Below are positions 55,534 to 64,000 of a DNA stretch of 64,000 nt, in pieces. Positions within the stretch are counted from its first letter, which is position 1, and each line of letters begins with the position of its first letter. Location: assembly GCF_009914755.1 (NCBI RefSeq), contig NC_060932.1; one strand, given 5' to 3'. The notes below the pieces were generated by a model. The model made no database searches. It was not told the DNA's origin and was given only the letters and a program-made list of their open reading frames with translations. The stretch is from the human T2T-CHM13v2.0 reference genome, Homo sapiens. Position numbers and translations under genes: made by a program.

Positions 55534-56479
55534 AGCAATCTTTCTCATATCTGATTGTGTATTTCTTGTTCATTCTTTCTTTTTTGGCCATCCTTGCCAA
55601 AGCATAATCTGTTTTTGTCTGTTTGTTCTGTATTTTTTAAGAATCGAATCGATCCTTTTTTATGCTAATGTATTTGTTTCTGCTCTTAGTTTTGCTAATT
55701 CTTACCTCTTACTCTTCTTGGTTGTCTTTATTTTTATTTCTTTCACTTCTGGAATTCAGTTATTACATCATTTACTTTTCATTTCTTCTTATTAATAAAG
55801 TCATTTAAGGATATGAATCACCCTTTCAAAATAGATTTTGCCACATTCCATAACTTTTGATACGCAGAGTTTTAGACCTTTAATAATTTTAAACAATCTG
55901 TCTTTGCAGTTATGATTTCCTCTCCGGCCAATTAGGGTTTTTTTTAAGTTCTTTTAGGTTTTGGGGTTGTTTGGCTGACACTAAGTTTCTAACATGTTCG
56001 ACAAGTATTATTCTATTAGTAAATTCTAATATTAATGCATTGTGGTCAGTGAATGTGGCCAATAAACTTTCTACTTCAGGGAAGTTATTACAATAGAAGT
56101 TCCATTTTTGTGGATGTTTCACTTGCTTTTGGGAGGAATGGGCATCTCAGTTTTGTGCTTAAACCAAGTTGGTATTTGGTAATCCACTCTATAATTATCT
56201 GCTGGTAAATCACACTCTATAGTTCTGTTACCTATATTCTCCATGTCCTTCTTTATATCCATGGCAAAGAATTCTGTCTGTATTCGATAGGCACGAGGGT
56301 TTTAGGTGAAAGTAAGTCATGACAGGGTTTGCATATTTAGAAAGACCACTCCAGGAGCAGGAAGATGGACTGTGAATCAGAGGAGAGGCCTACGGGCAGC
56401 TAGATGACCCTCAGCAGCAGCAGGGGAAGAATGCCCGGATGAAGCATGCATACAGGTGGACAGTAAAGGCAGCGAGGGT

Positions 56480-56630
56480 TCTTAGAACTCATTTAGCTTG
56501 ACCTCTAATTTTATAGAAACCAAGGCCAGCCAGAAGATGGAAATAATTTATCCAAGGTCATATGGGCAGTCAGCAACAGAGGAGGGGACTCAGATCAAAG
56601 CCCCCTGGCTACCAGCCTCAGACTCTCTGT
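56480..56630 (-). mobile_element. MIR fragment
   Basis: ttttatagaaaccaaggcc...aatttatccaaggtcata. Confidence 0.55.
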
Positions 56631-57244
56631 GCTGTGCCATGCTATGATGATGGGGTCCCCAGGAACAATCCCACAATTGTGTACACTTTCCCTTGTTCAT
56701 GCTGCAAGGGCATCTAAACCTCTTCATCTATCTTTGCCAATGAGGACCAAACTATTCAAGAAAGTAATCATGCCCTCATACAAAATAATCTATTGGGCCC
56801 CTACTTGGATTTAAAAAAAAAATGGCATTCCAAACACTGCCCTGTGCAAGACCGACAATGCTAACAGCAGCAAGTGCTACAAGAATCTTCAGACAGCATC
56901 AACATTAGCCTCCTAGGATGCCAGGAAGAAATGCATTTGCCTCATATCCATAGCAAGATCAAATGCATTTTGGCACACTCCAAGAAAGCAATTGGTTTTG
57001 AGCATTGGGGACATTATTAAATGTTACATGGTTTTTTTTTAATAGAACAATTTTTTTTTCTTTTACTATACTCTGCTAATGAATACTCTTTCTACCAGCC
57101 TCCATTCCCCTTGCATCTCCCTTTTGTCCTGACAGCAGAGTGGCAGGTCGGGGAGGCCTTTAAAATTTTTTAAGTTTGGATGTACTTCAGAAATATAACC
57201 ATGCTCATTATCATGTTGGTACCACTGTCCCCATTAAATGGCTA

Positions 57245-57690
57245 TTCTAATGACCTCTTTTGGCCTCAGTCTTCTCATCCAGAAAGTGGATAAATTTGTA
57301 GAGGAATATGATAAAAATTAAAGAGTTGATGTATGTAGAGTGCTTTCAACAAGGTTAATAAGCACTCAGTATATGTTAACTTCTACCAGTAGCATAGTAG
57401 CAGTCATCAGACTTCTTTAGTAGTAGTATTTGGTAATTTTCAAGAGAGACAGAACACCTTAGCTATAGACTCACTTCCTCAGAATCCATCCTGTCATGTC
57501 CTTTCATGTAAGAGGCAAGTTTATACAGCAGAGAGGGCCCTAAAATTAGACAGACTCAGGGTGAAATTTCACCTCTGTCCTAGGGTTAGCTACGATATCT
57601 TGGGCCAGTTATTTAGGGCCCACAAGCCTCTTTCTTATCATCTCTAAAATGCAGACAACAACTCTGGCCCTGTAGGGTCAACAGACAGCC
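57245..57690 (+). mobile_element. Two MIR fragments (about 57245-57380 and 57530-57690)
   Basis: ggcctcagtcttctcatccagaaagtgg; tcttgggccagttatttag...atcatctctaaaatg. Confidence 0.6.
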
Positions 57691-57966
57691 TGATATGAAA
57701 AAGGAACACCAGCACTCCCCACCACCCAATTTCTTTACTCAGAACTGCCTTCAGCTTTCACTCCTGGGTAAACCCACAAGGCCTTTTTGACCTTTGGAAA
57801 TAAGAGGTCCTCTCCTGGGACTGAGGAGCACAAGGCAGTGGAAATGACAGCCTAAGGGGGCTGGGCTGTGTGGTTCAGAACACCCAGGGGTGCTAGAGAC
57901 ATCACAGGCCCAAATTCAATAAACACAGACAATTTGGCATGAAGTTGAAGAGAGTCAGAGAGCAAA

Positions 57967-58194
57967 GGGAAAGTGTGGTGGTACAATGACCAGCTCCACT
58001 CTGCCCGGGAATTGGCTGAGTTTGGAAATGCTGTGTAAGGAGGGAAAGAAAGAAGGGCAACTGGGAGACAAAAATCTTGCAAAAAAAAGAAAAGTGGAAA
58101 AATAAAAAATGCAATGCACCCAATTCTAACAAACCCAGGCATGAAACTTTGAAGTTTCTCAGCAAGTAGACGTGATCTTGCAACTGAAGACAGA
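57967..58194 (+). repeat. Segment A of local inverted duplication (partner A' 58725-59290)
   Basis: gggaaagtgtgg...gcaactgaagacaga is the reverse complement of 58725-59290 once the AluY is removed; about 85-90% identity by eye. Confidence 0.95.
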
Positions 58195-58593
58195 TCAGTG
58201 CAAGTGAAAACCCAGCAAAGGGTTGTGAAGATGGGAGACTTTGTGTGTAAAATGATAACCATAGTGCTGGGCTTCAAAGATCCTGACACAGACGGTATGA
58301 TTGTTCCTATGACTGGCTACCACACATCCCTGTGTCAATGCATAGGCGAAGCGTAGATGCTCTGGCCTTGCGTTGGAGCCCCAGAACGCAGGTTAGGCTA
58401 CCTAGTACTATAGAATATAAAGTGTTGAAGTGAAACATGATGATTTATACAGTAGCACAACTCCTTAGCAATATCTGGAGGCATGGGGGGATGAATATCC
58501 AGGTTCCCAAGACACACTAAAGATGCCATGTAGGCTAAAGCAAAGAGGGGCTGAAGGTGTCCATGCTCTTCTCTGATGGTCTGCAGGGGCTGT

Positions 58594-58724
58594 GCTGGGC
58601 TTCTCTGTGTCCAGGCGCAGTGGTGGACCACTGGACCCAGCCTATCTCAGGGAGTGTTGCCTTCACACTTGTCCCCATCCTCCTGGTCACAGCAAATAGG
58701 TCTAAATGTGTCTATTTCCTGCCC

Positions 58725-58729
<5 letters not shown>
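58594..58729 (+). repeat. Segment B of local inverted duplication (partner B' 59559-59682)
   Basis: gagtgttgccttcacacttgtccccatcctcctggtcacagcaaataggtctaaatgtgtc...cctgccctctgt matches the reverse complement of 59559-59682. Confidence 0.95.
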
Positions 58730-59290
<561 letters not shown>

Positions 59291-59558
59291 AGGTGTGCTT
59301 CTAAGAGATGCAGTCCCCAATATACCCTGTTCTTACTTCAACTTGCAGTTTCTCCAAATGAAATTCCCCTTTACCTCCCAAGGTCTGGTCACATTGAGAA
59401 GATGCGACAACACTAAGGCAGCAACACAATGCTGGCCTTCCAGAAAGGAGCAAAAGACTTAAAAATAGCCTCTCTGAGACAACCTGCAGGGCTGCACCTA
59501 GCCCTGGCTGACCAGCACATACCTCTGGGGTAGACCAGGCATTGGCCAGCCCTGCTCC

Positions 59559-59682
59559 ACAGAGGGCAGGAAATGGACACATTTAGACCTATTTGCAGTG
59601 ACCAGGAGTATGGGGACCAGTGTGAAGGCAACACTCGGTAAGACAGGCTGGACCACCGCACTTGGGCACAGAGAAGCTCAGC
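59559..59682 (-). repeat. Segment B' (inverted copy of B)
   Basis: acagagggcaggaaatggacacatttagacctatttgcagtgaccaggag...gggcacagagaagctcagc. Confidence 0.95.
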
Positions 59683-60419
59683 CTGGGTTCTAGAACACAA
59701 CAGGCATGGAGACTGGTGTTCCATCAGTGTCTCTCCTCTACAACTGCATCCCTCTCCTCTCCCAAGATGCCGGAGAGGAGGAATGACCCAGCTAAGAACA
59801 GGGCAGAACATCAGAAAATATATCACAGGTGACTTTCAAACGAATTGAAAAAGATGACATTTTCCATTACAGCCCAGTGTGCTGGCGCTAATATCCCCCA
59901 TTTCTGAACCACAGGCTCTCCACCACCACCCGCAGCCTCTTGACTGCACTTCTAATAGGTACTGCAGAGGAGCCTCGAGGAGAGGTTTTGTCTTGCTGAC
60001 ACATCTTATTTCCACTCTTGTTGGCATGGAGAAGTCTACTTTGTTTGTGTCTGATTCCAGCTGGGCCACAACAGAGTCCTGTCTGATGAACAGAAATGGC
60101 TGGAAGACTGTTCCCATCTTGCTCAGCCACCCTGCAAGAGACCTCATGCTAACCTTCTCCACTTCCACGGCCCATCCTCACACCCTTGCCACACTCCCAT
60201 TCCCCAGGTACCTTGGAGAGGTTCCAACTGAGTGTGCTTCGTACACACGATGGTCACTAAAACCTTGCACCTGCCTTCTGTGCTTATCGGATAAGGGAAA
60301 AAAGTAATAGTTGTGTGTCATGTTCTCTCCCACAGAAATTCTCTCTAGGCCACCAGCATTTCAGCAGGAGCTGGTGATGTAGTGAAAAGCACAGATGTGT
60401 TGGAATTAAAAAGAATCTG

Positions 60420-60560
60420 TGTTTTAGTCACTCATTCGACAAGACCTTATCCAGTGAGCACCATGTCCCAGGCACTCTTCTAGGTGCTGAAAACATGCCA
60501 GTGAGCAGCCACTCAGAGGACGCAAGTCCCTGCTCGCATGGGGGCCACATGCTACCAGGC
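60420..60560 (-). mobile_element. L2 3' terminus
   Basis: cactcattcgacaa...gagcaccatgtcccaggcactcttctaggtgctg. Confidence 0.65.
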
Positions 60561-61221
60561 TAAGAACTAACGGTACAAAAAAAAAAAAAAGTAACACTGG
60601 GAAAAGTACACCCCCTCTCTGCATTGTCGTTTCTTAATTTATCAAATGGGAATGACAAGAATAGCTGTCTTATGGGACAACCGTGCCTTTTGCAAAGTGC
60701 TGCACAGATGTGAGTTGTCATTACTAATATTTTCACAGCCTAGACCCCAGGAGCAGTATTCCTAAGAGAGAAAGGAGAGAACTGAAATATGAATATCCTA
60801 ATTCTCTCTGACCTGGGCAGTTCAGCTGCAGCCTCAGACTCAGAACCTCCCCAAGGTGACTTGAGATCCCCATCACCTTTTCCCCTATAGTCCCTTGTGC
60901 TCTGTTCATCTTTGTTATAGTATTTGATGCCCTGTGGACAGTACAATAGTCTATTACTCTAACAGCTGTGAGAGCACATTCCCTCTCTATTCAGCTACTG
61001 ATCCCGAGTGCCAGTGATGGCGTTGCTCTTTCACAGATACTTGAGAACTGTTACATTTAGCAGAATAAATTATGAATGAGTAGGAATGAATGAATAAGGA
61101 GCCTCTGAGTGCTATCACTGTATTTGTTGCATACTTACCCTACCACACCCTAAAAGAGCAAAACGTGTGGTTTGTTCCATAGATGGCATTGTCCCCTATG
61201 CCTGCCCATCTCTTCGTATAA

Positions 61222-61542
<321 letters not shown>

Positions 61543-61794
61543 TAAAATGCTGAAGAGTTGTGCCAAGGCAACAAAGACAACCTGCCATAAGGGGCACACT
61601 AGATGGCTCTGATCATACCCTCCCCAAGCCTGCCAGAAGCCAGAGCTGCTCCTGGAAACCAAGGTCGATAGAGCCCAAGTTGAAGTCCTATGGATGGGTG
61701 CAGTGCAATGCAGGAAGGATAAGAAGAGCAGTTTCTTCCCATTTCTGTAGGTTATCTGCCCTATGAATCTTAGAAAGTATTCTGAATTATGGCA

Positions 61795-62030
61795 TCTTGA
61801 GCATGGACTTTGAAATCAGCCCAATCTATTTGTGATTCCAACTCCGCCATCAATGAGCTGTTACCAAGGGACTTTCTGCCCTGAGCCTCACTGTGTCTGC
61901 ATTTATGAAATAGGGCTAATAATAGTTATGCTAGTGTTTATTATGAATATTAAAGAGATAATTCATGTAAAGTACAAACAGAGATGCTAATACATAGTAG
62001 AAGTTCAATAAATGGCAGTAATAATATTAA
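61795..62030 (+). mobile_element. MIR
   Basis: gagcatggactttgaaatcag...ctgagcctcactgtg...taattcatgtaaag...acatagtagaagttcaataaatgg. Confidence 0.75.
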
Positions 62031-62330
62031 TTGAGGGTTTATGATATGCCAGTCTGGACCCCTTCAAAAATTCACATATATCACACATTTAATCCTCTAA
62101 CAACCCTATGAGTAGGTCATTTAAATGAGGATAAGTATAAATAATAAATATACAAATGATAAATATGATATAAATATAATTATACAAATAATATAGCATA
62201 AATATAATGTGATCTATAAATACATAAATTAAAAAGAGAATATTAAAGCATAAAGATGCTAAATAACCTACCCCAGGCCACTAAATGGAGAAGTCTTGAG
62301 TTTGTGTTTATCTCCCCAACCCTCCTGACC
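62030..62330 (-). mobile_element. MIR with AT-rich expansion (62130-62245)
   Basis: catttaatcctctaacaaccctatgag...gctaaataacctaccccaggccac. Confidence 0.65.
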
Positions 62331-62994
62331 CCGGAGCACCCTCTCCTGCCCTCCACACTAAACAGCTGTCACTGTTGTTGACTCATTACACAAGTTCCCT
62401 GAAAATATTTAGCTCCACCTCCCACATCTGGGGAGGTGACATGGGTCTCATAGCTACATCTTTTTCTTTCCTGGATAAAATGTAGGACATCCAAGTGCTG
62501 TCAGGAGGCTTGTGGCCCATGCTTGGTAAAGGAAGCCCCAAATGACTAATGCTCCTACCCCTTTTGAGAAGTTGCCACCCTCCGTGGCAAAGGCTCTGAG
62601 ATTTAACGAACCACACAAATGACTTCAGCTCTGGGATGGGCAATGAAGAAGGAAACTCCTGCCTTCTGGGCAATGCAGGGCACCACGGGGCAACAGCCCC
62701 TGTCACAGGGCTTCAAACAGGAGGCAAGCCGTACCACCCCAGGACTCAGGAAGTCTGGGCTTCCACTGACATTTTCTTTTAGCTGAAGGTATGGACTAGT
62801 GATCCAGACAGGAATTGTTGCCTCCTTGGGTGACAGACTGGGCAGCTAAAGAAAATTTCAGCTTGATTGAAGCATAGCAAGGCAAAGAGAACCAGAAAGA
62901 GAAAACCCACTTCACTTCTTTCCCAGCAGTAGACTCCATCGATGGGCTTGACCAGCTCTTAGAAAATTCTGCACTAGATTTTTATGTTCTCGTG

Positions 62995-63140
62995 CATATG
63001 TTATCACTCCCTCACTAGACTACAGCTCTTTAGGGGCAGAAACTAGGTCTATAGGTCAATTTACCTTTTGCTTCCCATAGCACCACCCTCGAGCCTACAC
63101 AGTGACCATTTGGAGTTGCCCAGCATATAGAATGGGAAAC
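62995..63140 (+). mobile_element. L2 3' fragment
   Basis: ctccctcactagactacagctctttaggggcaga. Confidence 0.55.
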
Positions 63141-63539
63141 GCCACATTAAGGGGAGTTGAATCTCCATAGTGAATGAAAACAAAGGGTCAAGGAGGGAAT
63201 CCGCACTTCTTGGAAAGGTGTCACATCCAAACCAGGGTGTGTGGGACAGACACAGGGCTCTTCCTCTCTGCCCAGTCTTATGTCCCAGAGTCCCAAGAAA
63301 TATGACATTCAACATCCAATGTCTGATGTCTCTAAGTCCTCAGTGTAGGCAGCATCTCTCTGTGCTCTGCTCCACCCTGAAGGAAATCCCACCTAAGACT
63401 CCCCCCTAGAGCCTGGGCCTGGGCCTGGCCCTGAGGCGACCACTGAATACTGACATGCCTCACTATGCCAGAGAAAGCATGAGCCCGCCTTGGTGGCTGA
63501 GTGCAGCTGCGGCTGTTGCTTAAAAGCTTTTCCTCGTGC

Positions 63540-63790
63540 AATAACCTCTCATTATATTTTAATGTTGTTGTAACTTTATGGCTTAATCAGTAGTTGCAAT
63601 TTGTTAGTAGCCTGGGCGGCCATAAAATTGTTTTCCAGGTACTGAAACATCCCATCAAGGTTTGTAAAGCAGTGGTTCTTAGTTTATCACACCCATAAAA
63701 TGCCCTGGCAATTTGACAGATATAATAACTTTTTTAATCAAGTGTCTAATTTGAGAGGAAATTAAGCCATACGTTACATGCAGCTCGCAC
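63540..63790. promoter_or_regulatory. Candidate conserved non-coding enhancer (posterior HOX/CDX plus MEIS)
   Basis: TTTATGG 63575, GCCATAAAA 63619, CCCATAAAA 63692, TGACAG 63714, several TAAT cores; AT-rich island with GC-richer flanks, no repeat recognised. Confidence 0.5.
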
Positions 63791-64000
63791 TGGGCTTGGA
63801 ACTCTTCAGCCTCCCAGTCTCTCAGGGATGCCCCTCTCCTCACCCTATCTGTCCTCTTCAGCCAAGGGCTGGATTTCCTTCTTGCCCCTTGTACAGGGCT
63901 TGCTGCCACCTCTGCAGAGCTGGGGGCCAATGGTCGTGGGTCTGCCATGTGGCCTGTGCAGGCGTCCTTGATGAGACAGTGCTTTTGCACTGAGGATCCA

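Larger units (their letters stand above)
52890..56260 (-). mobile_element. Long, highly decayed L1M ORF2 relic hosting younger insertions
   Basis: AT-rich antisense L1; minus ORFs 54098..54280 (QGFIPRM..PFNIRKFINAI) and 54313..54654 (KKAPVLENFVDKFFHVFIEKIIPRLH) resemble ORF2p RT. Confidence 0.75.

Noticed and set aside
59836-60307. Overlapping 110-142 aa ORFs
   Set aside because: No recognisable protein similarity.

Overview
Primate (human-like) genomic DNA from a non-coding intergenic or intronic region. I see no credible cellular protein-coding exon, RNA gene or CRISPR array. The recognisable ORF-track hits come from L1, L2 or Alu elements, and the rest look like chance ORFs. Roughly half the window is transposable elements: 7 Alu copies/fragments, a full-length but disrupted L1PA8A-type LINE (44201-50621, 15-bp TSD) inserted into a hAT transposase relic, older L1PB/L1MA/L1MB/L1ME pieces, MaLR and ERVL solo LTRs (THE1, MSTA, MLT1, MLT2, MER54-like), DNA transposons (HSMAR2, Charlie4a, MER5, MER45A) and many MIR/L2 fragments. 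Several repeat-free blocks are dense in PBX/MEIS/HOX-CDX motifs, suggesting developmental enhancers. The most unusual structure is at 57967-59682: an interleaved inverted duplication (A..B-A'..B'). Its internal copy joins two separated flanking segments at a junction that resembles either a 5-bp microhomology or a spliced exon-exon junction. Subfamily names come from remembered consensus features rather than a database search, and old-element boundaries are approximate.
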